A stretch of 64,000 nt of DNA from Actinomycetes bacterium (lineage in GTDB: Bacteria; Actinomycetota; Acidimicrobiia; Acidimicrobiales; Acidimicrobiaceae), in NCBI GenBank assembly GCA_021786375.1, contig JAJYNL010000084.1, forward strand, positions 2,022 through 66,021, read 5' to 3'. Position 1 is the stretch's first letter. The number at the start of each line of letters is the position of its first letter. Of this stretch, positions 46,042 through 53,841 are shown piece by piece. The notes beneath the pieces were generated by a model. That model was not told where the DNA came from. It was given only the letters and a program-made list of their open reading frames with translations, and ran no database searches. The translations under genes were made by a program, and so were the position numbers.

Positions 46042-47336
46042 AGCCGACCGTATGGATCGAAACTCTGGGGTGCGCCAAGAACGAAGTCGACTCGGACAAG
46101 TTGGCCTTCCGGGCGGCGTCGACCGGAATCGGGCGCGCGAGATCACTGGCCAGCGCTGACCTCGTTGTGGTGAATACCTGCGCCTTCATCGAGTCCGCTC
46201 GCGAGGAGTCCATCGCCGCGGTCCTGGACGCACTCGGGGCGAAGAAGGAGAGTGCCAGGGTGGTGGTTACGGGCTGCATGGCCGAGCGCTACCGGGGCGA
46301 GCTGGTGGAGGCGCTGCCCGAGGTGGATGTGGTGGCGGGTTTCGAGCAGGATTTCGTGGGCGAGTTCGCCGCTGAAGCGGGGGTAGCTCTCTCGCTCGGC
46401 CCCACCCGGCGCCGGCGCTTGCCGGTAATGGATCTCGATGCCTCCTACGACCTACTCAACCTCCCCGTGGGGCCGTCCAAGCGCCCATTTGCCTACCTCA
46501 AGGCGGCAGAAGGATGTGACCGAAAGTGCGGGTTCTGCGCCATTCCATCCTTCCGAGGCCGCCAGCGCAGCCGGGCGATCGAGGATCTCGTTGCGGAAGC
46601 CGAGAGGCTCGGCTCCAAGGAGATCGTGGTCGTGGCGCAGGATCTGGCTAGCTACGGCAAGGACCTCTACGGCACTAAACGCCTGGTGGAGCTAATGAGC
46701 CGACTCGGCGAGGTGGCGCACTGGGTTCGGCTCGTCTATGTCTACCCGAGCGAACTCACCAACGAGCTGATCGACGCGATCGGGGCTTCCCGAGTGCGCT
46801 ATTTCGACCTCTCTCTCCAGCACGTCTCGCATGCGCTGCTGAGACGTATGCGCCGGCCGGGTGGTTCCGACAGCTATCTGCGCAAGATCGACGCCATTCG
46901 CGCGCGCTATCCGGACGCGGTCTTCCGCTCCAATTTCATCATCGGCTATCCCGGCGAGAGCGAGGAGGATCACGACACCTTGCTCGACTTCCTTGAACAG
47001 GCTCGGCTTGACTGGGTTGCCTTCTTCCCGTTCTCCCGCGAGGCGGGGACCTACGCGGACGGACTGGATGGGCATGTCCCGCCCGGGCTGGTCGCCGAGC
47101 GGCTGGCCGAGGCGTCGGAGGTTGCCGACCGTATATGCCTGCTGGGGCGTGCTGCCCAGGTCGGGAGGGAGCTCGAGGTGATAGTGCAGCGCCGTGGCGA
47201 GGCGAGATCGTACATGGAGGCTCCCGAGATCGATGGCCTGATTCGCGTTCCAGACGACCTGCAGGTCGGCGGACTTTACAATGTAAGGGTGTCAGCTATT
47301 GACGGCATCGACCTGATCGCCGCGCCGACCTTTTAG
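46038..47336 (+). CDS. rimO: ribosomal protein S12 methylthiotransferase RimO
   Basis: The MTTase N-domain is ETLGCAKNEVDS and the radical-SAM motif is CDRKCGFCAIP. A C-terminal TRAM domain is present. The GTG overlaps the thrB stop (GTGA). Confidence 0.9.
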   Translation: MKPTVWIETLGCAKNEVDSDKLAFRAASTGIGRARSLASADLVVVNTCAFIESAREESIAAVLDALGAKKESARVVVTGCMAERYRGELVEALPEVDVVAGFEQDFVGEFAAEAGVALSLGPTRRRRLPVMDLDASYDLLNLPVGPSKRPFAYLKAAEGCDRKCGFCAIPSFRGRQRSRAIEDLVAEAERLGSKEIVVVAQDLASYGKDLYGTKRLVELMSRLGEVAHWVRLVYVYPSELTNELIDAIGASRVRYFDLSLQHVSHALLRRMRRPGGSDSYLRKIDAIRARYPDAVFRSNFIIGYPGESEEDHDTLLDFLEQARLDWVAFFPFSREAGTYADGLDGHVPPGLVAERLAEASEVADRICLLGRAAQVGRELEVIVQRRGEARSYMEAPEIDGLIRVPDDLQVGGLYNVRVSAIDGIDLIAAPTF

Positions 47337-47347
47337 ACGGGACAGGA

Positions 47348-47902
47348 TTGAGCAACTCGACCTTCGGACCTACCGCGATTGCCACCCCGGCCAATCTGGT
47401 CACCGCTGCGCGCGTGGCGATGACCCCTGTCATCGCAATTCTGGTCCTGGAGCACGGGACCTCGGCATTGGGTGCCGGACTCTGGGTGATCGTCTCCTTT
47501 ACCGACAAGGCGGATGGGTGGCTGGCGCGGCGGCAAGGCGCCACCCGCTCGGGGGCTTTTCTGGATCCGCTCGCGGACAAGATCCTCGTCTTCGGGGTGC
47601 TCGCCGCGATGGTGGTCAAGGCCCAGGTCTGGTGGTTGCCGGTGGCAATCATGGGTGCCCGCGAGGTTTGGATGTCCTGGCATCGCACACGCCTCGCGCG
47701 CCGGGGAATCTCCGTGCCCGCCCGCCCGCTAGGAAAGCTAAAGACCTTCTTCCAGATGGCGGCAGTCCTGGCCATGATCGTCCCGGGGATAGACGCGGTA
47801 CGCGAGCCCTTGTCGGTCTCCCTGATCTGGATAGCTACCGGCCTGGCATTGGTCTCGGGGTACTTCTACTTCATCGACGGACGGCGCACCTCCCTGGCTT
47901 GA
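47348..47902 (+). CDS. pgsA: CDP-diacylglycerol--glycerol-3-phosphate 3-phosphatidyltransferase
   Basis: The CDP-alcohol phosphatidyltransferase motif DKADGWLARRQGATRSGAFLDPLADK is present. The start is TTG. Confidence 0.9.
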   Translation: MSNSTFGPTAIATPANLVTAARVAMTPVIAILVLEHGTSALGAGLWVIVSFTDKADGWLARRQGATRSGAFLDPLADKILVFGVLAAMVVKAQVWWLPVAIMGAREVWMSWHRTRLARRGISVPARPLGKLKTFFQMAAVLAMIVPGIDAVREPLSVSLIWIATGLALVSGYFYFIDGRRTSLA

Positions 47903-48010
47903 GGTCCGGTCGATTGGCGGTGGCGGCCTGGAACGCGCATCAGCGGCCTCATTAGTATCTTCCTGGGCCCGGCGGTAGCGCGCGCCCGGCCTCGGGATCG
48001 GAGGTAGTCG

Positions 48011-49246
48011 ATGCGGGTCGAGATCGTGGCGGTCGGCACTGAGATGCTTCTCGGACAGATCGTCGACACCAATTCCAGGGAGATTTCCGCCAAGCTGGCC
48101 GAGGCAGGCATAGATTGCCACTACCAGACCCGGGTGGGAGACAACCTGGAGCGGATCAAGCTGGTGCTCAGGGATGCACTGGCCAGAAACGACGGAGTGA
48201 TCGTTTGCGGAGGGCTCGGCCCTACTCAGGACGACATCACCCGGGAGGCGATAGCTCAGGTTATGGGCGTTGAGCTCGTCTTTCATCAGGAGATCGCCGA
48301 CAGGATCGCCGCACAGTTCGCCGGCCGCGGCCGCGAGATGAGTTCCAATAACCTTCGCCAAGCCGAGGTTCCCCGCGGAGCCGAGGTGATCACCCAGGTA
48401 CGTGGAACCGCTCCAGGCCTGATCTGCCCAGTGGGGGGCAAGGTTGTCTATGCGCTCCCCGGCGTCCCGTATGAAATGATCGAGATGATGGAGCGCGCGG
48501 TCATCCCCGACTTGCTGCGCCGGAGTGGCGAGGACGCCAGCATAGTCTCGCGCGTGATTCGCACCTGGGGCCTGGCCGAGTCGACACTGGCGGAGAGACT
48601 CGATCCGGTCTTCAAGCGGATAGACGCCTCCGGCGACCCCATCACACTCGCCTTCCTAGCCAGCGGGATCGAGGGGATCAAGGCTCGTCTGACCGCCAAA
48701 GGGGCGCGCGCATCGGACCTTAGAGAACTGGTCGCGCGGTACGAAAAGGAGGTCATGGCCCTGGTCGGCGACCACGTCTTTGGTTTCGATGACGTGAATA
48801 TGGAGGCGGCGGTCGGTCGGTGCCTGCAGGAGCGCGGGCTTACGCTTGCGGTGGCGGAGTCACTCACCGGGGGGCTGGTGGCCAGCAGGCTGGTCGGCGT
48901 GGCCGGTGCTTCGGGGTGGTTCAAAGGCGGGGTTGTGAGCTATGCCAGCTCTGTCAAGTTCGAGCTGCTGGGAGTTCCCGAAGGGGAGGTGATCTCCGAA
49001 CGCGCCGCCCTGGCAATGGCAGCGGGGGTGAGGGAGCTGCTTCACGCCGATGTCGGGCTGGCCTTTACGGGGGTGGCCGGCCCCGGCAGCCAGGAGGGTC
49101 ATGGTCCCGGCACGGTCTTCGTCGGTATCGATGCCGGGCCATTGGGCACTCGCGCGGCGGCGCTGAAGGTTCCGGGCGACCGCGAGCGGATCAGGCAGTT
49201 CTCGGCCATTTCGGGGCTGGACCTCCTGAGGCGTTTCCTCCCCTGA
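48011..49246 (+). CDS. cinA: competence/damage-inducible protein CinA (MoCF-like plus PncC nicotinamide-nucleotide amidase domains)
   Basis: MRVEIVAVGTEMLLGQIVDTNS, GGLGPTQDDITRE and C-terminal AESLTGGLVASRL are present. Confidence 0.9.
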   Translation: MRVEIVAVGTEMLLGQIVDTNSREISAKLAEAGIDCHYQTRVGDNLERIKLVLRDALARNDGVIVCGGLGPTQDDITREAIAQVMGVELVFHQEIADRIAAQFAGRGREMSSNNLRQAEVPRGAEVITQVRGTAPGLICPVGGKVVYALPGVPYEMIEMMERAVIPDLLRRSGEDASIVSRVIRTWGLAESTLAERLDPVFKRIDASGDPITLAFLASGIEGIKARLTAKGARASDLRELVARYEKEVMALVGDHVFGFDDVNMEAAVGRCLQERGLTLAVAESLTGGLVASRLVGVAGASGWFKGGVVSYASSVKFELLGVPEGEVISERAALAMAAGVRELLHADVGLAFTGVAGPGSQEGHGPGTVFVGIDAGPLGTRAAALKVPGDRERIRQFSAISGLDLLRRFLP

Positions 49247-49271
49247 TCGAGCGCGAGAGCGCGGAAAGCTG

Positions 49272-49287
49272 TCGAACATGTGTTCTA
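49272..49287. promoter_or_regulatory. LexA (SOS / Cheo-type) box TCGAAC-ATGT-GTTCTA upstream of recA
   Basis: The GAAC-N4-GTTC core is perfect. There is one mismatch to the mycobacterial TCGAAC-N4-GTTCGA. It lies 119 nt upstream of the recA ATG. Confidence 0.7.
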
Positions 49288-49291
49288 TAAT
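49286..49291 (+). promoter_or_regulatory. consensus -10 hexamer TATAAT overlapping the LexA box by 2 nt
   Basis: Read directly in an AT-rich island unusual for this sequence. Confidence 0.45.
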
Positions 49292-49405
49292 GTGTTAGGA
49301 TCGAAGTAATCACAGGCTTGTGATTCATGGTCACAGCATCGGTGTAGATTTCGCTGTAAAAGTGCTCCGCGGTTGCGTGGGACGGTGATGGAAGGCAGTG
49401 GCGTC

Positions 49406-50482
49406 ATGGCGGCAAAGGTAGGCAAGCCCTCGGGCGAGGGAATCGACAAGGTCAAGGCTCTGGAGATGGCCATCAGCCAGATAGAGCGGCAGTTCGGCAA
49501 AGGTTCGATCATGCGCATGGGCGAGAGCCCACAGATGACGGTGGAGTCGATCTCCACCGGGGCCATGGCTCTCGACTTAGCCTTGGGGGTAGGTGGGCTG
49601 CCGCGTGGCCGAGTGGTGGAGGTTTTCGGACCGGAGTCCTCCGGCAAGTCGACACTGGCGCTGCACGTGGTTGCCGAAGCTCAGCGGCAGGGGGGCACCT
49701 GCGCCTACATCGACGCCGAGCACGCACTCGATCCTGTCTATGCCAAGGCGATCGGGGTTGACATCGACCAGCTCCTGATCTCTCAGCCCGATACCGGAGA
49801 GCAGGCTTTGGAGATTGCTGACACCCTGGTCCGTTCGGGAGCGTTGGACGTCCTGGTGATCGACTCGGTAGCCGCGCTCACCCCGCGTGCAGAGATCGAA
49901 GGGGAGATGGGTGATTCTCACGTCGGCCTGCAGGCGCGCCTGATGTCTCAGGCGCTGCGGAAGCTGACTGCCAACCTGAGCAAGTCCAAGACCATCGCGC
50001 TCTTCATCAACCAGCTGAGGGAGAAGATCGGGGTGATGTACGGCTCCCCGGAGGTGACACCGGGAGGGCGCGCCCTCAAGTTCTACTCCTCGGTCCGCCT
50101 CGACATCCGAAGGATCGAGTCGATCAAGGATGGTGCCGATGTGGTCGGCAGCCGCACCAGAGTCAAGGTCGTGAAGAACAAGGTGGCGCCGCCGTTTCAG
50201 CAGGCGGAGTTCGACATCATGTACGGTAAGGGGATCTCGAAGGAGGGATCGCTGCTGGACGTGGGCGTAGACATGGGGGTCGTCAAGAAGTCCGGGGCCT
50301 GGTACACCTACGAGGGCGAGCAGTTGGGCCAAGGGCGGGAGAACGTCAAGGCCTACATCGAGAGCAACCCGCTTCTCCGTGCCGAGCTGGAGGAGAAGAT
50401 CCGCGCCGCGGTAGGCATCGTCGAGCACGACGGCGAGGGCTTCAGCGAGGACGATGAGGAGCCTATCTACCTGGAGGACTGA
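49406..50482 (+). CDS. recA: recombinase RecA
   Basis: [24 protein letters not shown] is present, with Walker [13 protein letters not shown]. It is a full-length RecA. The ATG at 49406 has a GGAAGG SD; upstream alternatives are 49388 and 49373. Confidence 0.97.
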   Translation: MAAKVGKPSGEGIDKVKALEMAISQIERQFGKGSIMRMGESPQMTVESISTGAMALDLALGVGGLPRGRVVEVFGPESSGKSTLALHVVAEAQRQGGTCAYIDAEHALDPVYAKAIGVDIDQLLISQPDTGEQALEIADTLVRSGALDVLVIDSVAALTPRAEIEGEMGDSHVGLQARLMSQALRKLTANLSKSKTIALFINQLREKIGVMYGSPEVTPGGRALKFYSSVRLDIRRIESIKDGADVVGSRTRVKVVKNKVAPPFQQAEFDIMYGKGISKEGSLLDVGVDMGVVKKSGAWYTYEGEQLGQGRENVKAYIESNPLLRAELEEKIRAAVGIVEHDGEGFSEDDEEPIYLED

Positions 50483-50537
50483 GCTTCCTCGGGCCGGTAG
50501 CCGCCGTCCTCCGGGGCCAAGGGGGGCGGCGGCTAGT

Positions 50538-52016
50538 GTGAGTGGCGTGGGAAAGCGCTTCTATGTCCGCACCTTCGGCTGCCAGATGAACGAGCACGAC
50601 TCGGAACGAATTGCCGGCCTTCTGGCCGGCGAGGGCATGAGCGAGGCTCCCAGTGCCGAAGAAGCCGATGTGGTGGTGCTGAACACCTGCTGCATTCGCG
50701 AGAACGCCGACAACAAGCTTTACGGCCATCTCGGGCACCTGAAGGCACTCAAGCAGACCAGGCCTGAGATGAAGATCGTGGTGGCCGGGTGCCTGGCGCA
50801 AAAGGACCGGGATTCCGTGCTTGAGAGGGCAGGGTGGGTTGACGTGGTGCTGGGTACGCACAACGTGGCCAACGTCCCGAAGCTGCTTAGTCGCAGCTAC
50901 TCGGAGGGCCGCGTGGTCGAGATCCTGGAGGCCGCGGATCCGGAGCTGGAGTTCGCCTCGGGACCTACCACCCGAGCGGACGCTCCTTATTCGGCGTACG
51001 TGACCATCCAGATTGGCTGTGACAACAACTGTGCATTCTGCATCGTCCCGAGCGTTCGCGGGGCGGAGATTTCCCGACCCTTCGGCGAGCTGCTGGCCGA
51101 GGTGGAGGCGCTTGCCGATCGCGGCGTAACCGAGGTGACGCTGCTGGGGCAGAACGTCAACTCCTACGGGCGTGACCTGACCATTGCGGCGAGGCAGGGC
51201 GGGCAATTCGACGTGGCGGTGCTTGGAGGCGCTTATATCTCCAGGCCGGAGAGGCGCCTGGCTCCTCTCTTCGCCGACCTGCTCACCGCCGTGGCCTCCG
51301 TGGAAGGTATCCGTCGCGTGCGCTATACCTCGCCCCATCCCAAGGACATGCGCCCCGAAACAATCGCCGCCATGGCGGCCTCGGAGCAGATCATGAACCA
51401 GCTGCACTTCCCATTGCAGTCCGGCTCGGACCGGATATTGGCCGCCATGCACCGGGGCTACACCGGTAGCCGCTACCTGGAAAAGCTTGCCGCGGCCAGG
51501 GCGGGGATCGACGACCTGGCCGTCAGCACCGACATCATCGTCGGCTTTCCCGGTGAGACCGAGGACGATTTCACCGCCACCCTGGAAGTGGCGGCGGAGG
51601 CTTCTTTCGACGGCGCCTACACCTTCATCTTTTCGCCGCGGCCCGGGACCGAGGCGGCTTCTATGGAGGACCTGTTCGTCTCGGGGGCAGTGGTGGCGGA
51701 GCGCTTCGAGCGCCTGAAAGTGGTTATCGACCGGTCCGCCTACGCGCGCCATCGCGCGCGCGTAGGAAAGGTGGAGGAGGTGCTGGTGGAAGGGCGGAGC
51801 AAGAGGAACGCCGAGATGATCTCGGGCCGCACCCGCCAGAACAAGTTGGTCCACTTCCCGTACAAGAGGGTGCCGGAGAGCTCCGAAAGGCTGGCGGCCG
51901 GATCCTATGCGTTGGTGGAGATTGTCGACGCCGCGCCGCACTTCCTGCGCGGCGAACTGCGCGAGGTGACCGCCGCCCCCAGACATCGCACCCATCTGCA
52001 GGTGGCTGCGGTCTAG
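50538..52016 (+). CDS. miaB: tRNA-2-methylthio-N6-dimethylallyladenosine synthase
   Basis: FYVRTFGCQMNEHDSE and the radical SAM motif CDNNCAFCIVP are present, with a C-terminal TRAM domain. The start is GTG. Confidence 0.93.
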   Translation: MSGVGKRFYVRTFGCQMNEHDSERIAGLLAGEGMSEAPSAEEADVVVLNTCCIRENADNKLYGHLGHLKALKQTRPEMKIVVAGCLAQKDRDSVLERAGWVDVVLGTHNVANVPKLLSRSYSEGRVVEILEAADPELEFASGPTTRADAPYSAYVTIQIGCDNNCAFCIVPSVRGAEISRPFGELLAEVEALADRGVTEVTLLGQNVNSYGRDLTIAARQGGQFDVAVLGGAYISRPERRLAPLFADLLTAVASVEGIRRVRYTSPHPKDMRPETIAAMAASEQIMNQLHFPLQSGSDRILAAMHRGYTGSRYLEKLAAARAGIDDLAVSTDIIVGFPGETEDDFTATLEVAAEASFDGAYTFIFSPRPGTEAASMEDLFVSGAVVAERFERLKVVIDRSAYARHRARVGKVEEVLVEGRSKRNAEMISGRTRQNKLVHFPYKRVPESSERLAAGSYALVEIVDAAPHFLRGELREVTAAPRHRTHLQVAAV

Positions 52017-52020
52017 GGGC

Positions 52021-52677
52021 TCAGCGCAGGAAACGCGCGGCCAGTTGCGTCGGTTCGATGGCGCCAAGCGACTGCTGCCAGCTTCGAGAAGGTGCGGGCA
52101 AGACCGGCCGTTCCCCCAGGACGAGCCTTCCCGTCCAGGCGTGGGGCGAGTCGAGTTCCTCGGGGTCGGCCTGGCTGGACTTCATGACCGCCTGCTCGAT
52201 CGCCACTTCTACCACCGAGGTCTGGCGCAGCTCAGTATCGTTGGGGCGGCGTACCTGCTCCCAGCGCCCGGGGAGCACCACCCGGGATAAGTGCTCGAGA
52301 GCCTGGGCCTTGGCGGCCGGCTCGCGGACGAGGCGGGCCCGCCCGGCCACCGAGACCGAGCGGTAGTCGACCGTGTGGTCGAAGATGTTGTCGGGCAGAA
52401 CCAGTGCATCGACCAGGGTCACCACCAGGTTGACCTTCTCCTGTGCCTGGGCCGCCTTCAGCACCGAGGATCCCCGCGATCCGTGTACCAGGATCACCTC
52501 CTCCATGCGCGCGTACAAGGTTGGGATGACCACGGGAAGCCCTTCATCGATGACGGCCAGATGGCAGATGGCCGCAGAGTCCAGGAGTGCAAAGATGCGT
52601 TCCTTGGAGTAGCTCCCCTGGACCTTGTTGCGCCGCAGGCGATAAGGCGGTTCCGCTCGCAGTTTCTCCTCGCTCAT
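52021..52677 (-). CDS. pyridoxamine 5'-phosphate oxidase family (FMN-binding split-barrel) protein
   Basis: From the internal ATG: MSEEKLRAEPPYRLRRNKVQGSYSKERIFALLDSAAICHLAVIDEGLPVVIPTLYARMEEVILVHGSRGS... is a typical PNPOx-like N-terminus. The upstream part of the 392-aa ORF overlaps miaA and looks like a shadow ORF. Confidence 0.78.
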   Translation of the reverse strand: MSEEKLRAEPPYRLRRNKVQGSYSKERIFALLDSAAICHLAVIDEGLPVVIPTLYARMEEVILVHGSRGSSVLKAAQAQEKVNLVVTLVDALVLPDNIFDHTVDYRSVSVAGRARLVREPAAKAQALEHLSRVVLPGRWEQVRRPNDTELRQTSVVEVAIEQAVMKSSQADPEELDSPHAWTGRLVLGERPVLPAPSRSWQQSLGAIEPTQLAARFLR

Positions 52678-52794
52678 GGCTCCTCTTTCCGGGCCGGCTT
52701 GGCCCGCACAAGTGTAGCTCCGCAGAACCCCGGCAGTCCGGGGCGGACGTTTAGGCTGAAGTGCCGGGCGGCGGCTTTTCGGTGGATGTGGCGC

Positions 52795-53688
52795 ATGCGA
52801 ATCGGTTTGGTCGGGGCCACCGGGGTGGGTAAGACGGGGTTGGCTTTGGAGCTGGCCAGGGCCGATCCGCGCCTGGCGCTTTTCTCCTGCGACTCGATGG
52901 CGGTTTACCGGGGCATGAACCTCGGTACTGCCAAGCCCGGGCCGGAGGAGCTGGGCGGCATCTCCTACCATCTCATCGACCTGGCCGATCCCGGGCAGGA
53001 GTTTTCGGTGGCCGACTATCAGCGCGCCGCGGAGGCCGAGGAATCCGCACTTGCGCCCGGGCAGGTTCCCCTTTACGTCGGCGGCACCGGTCTCTACGTA
53101 AGTGCAGTCTTTGACCGGCTGGCAATTCCTCCCAGTGACCCGGATGTCAGGGCATCGATCGAGGCTGAGTTGGGTGTGGTGGGCCCTGCCGCCATGCATC
53201 GCCGCCTCCTGAAGCTGGATCCCCTTGCCGCCTCGCGCATGGAACAGGGAAATGCCAGGAGGATCGTCCGCGCGCTTGAGGTGATTGCGATTACGGGACG
53301 GCCCTTCTCCAGCTTCGGCCCCGGCCTATCCTCCTATAGCGAACCCCGGGGACGGCTCTTCGGGCTGCAGATGGACTTTGAGCTGCTCGATCAGCGGATA
53401 GCGGCGCGGGTGTCGGAGCTGATTGAACTCGGCTGGCTCGACGAATGCGAGCGACTACTGGCCGCCGGGCCCCTGTCGCGAACCGCCTCCCAGGCAATCG
53501 GATACCATGAGCTCTTCTCGGTGCTGCGTGGCGAGATCGAGCTTGCCGAGGCCGTTCCCGTCATCGTCCGGCGGACCCGCCGGCTGGCGCGCAGGCAGCG
53601 TTCCTGGTTCCGGCGTGATCCGCGTATTGCCTGGCGCGAGGACCCTGCCGAACTGGGTTCGGACCTGCTGGAGCTGCTGAGAGCGTAG
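52795..53688 (+). CDS. miaA: tRNA dimethylallyltransferase
   Basis: The P-loop is GLVGATGVGKTGLALELA. DSMAVYRGMNLGTAKP, VGGTGLY and the QRSWFRRD region are present. An alternative ATG lies at 52786. Confidence 0.93.
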   Translation: MRIGLVGATGVGKTGLALELARADPRLALFSCDSMAVYRGMNLGTAKPGPEELGGISYHLIDLADPGQEFSVADYQRAAEAEESALAPGQVPLYVGGTGLYVSAVFDRLAIPPSDPDVRASIEAELGVVGPAAMHRRLLKLDPLAASRMEQGNARRIVRALEVIAITGRPFSSFGPGLSSYSEPRGRLFGLQMDFELLDQRIAARVSELIELGWLDECERLLAAGPLSRTASQAIGYHELFSVLRGEIELAEAVPVIVRRTRRLARRQRSWFRRDPRIAWREDPAELGSDLLELLRA

Positions 53689-53841
53689 CTGTGTGATATT
53701 CAAGGGGTTCATGGCAGATGTCGAGAATTAACTGACGGGAGGTGTTCGGTTGCGCACGGGCGATTTGCATGGCGGAGTCTCGCAGCCCGCGCGCAGGGGC
53801 GAACTGCGTCTTTCACGTTTTAATACCCGCTTGACCAGCTG

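Noticed and set aside
50463-52067. 534-aa minus-strand ORF opposite miaB
   Set aside because: It is a shadow ORF. miaB has radical-SAM and TRAM signatures in the plus frame.
52678-53199. Upstream 174 codons of the 392-aa minus ORF (an extended PNPOx gene)
   Set aside because: It would overlap the miaA 5' half antisense. The translation there is Arg/Pro/Gly-rich, whereas the recognisable PNPOx fold starts at the ATG at 52677.
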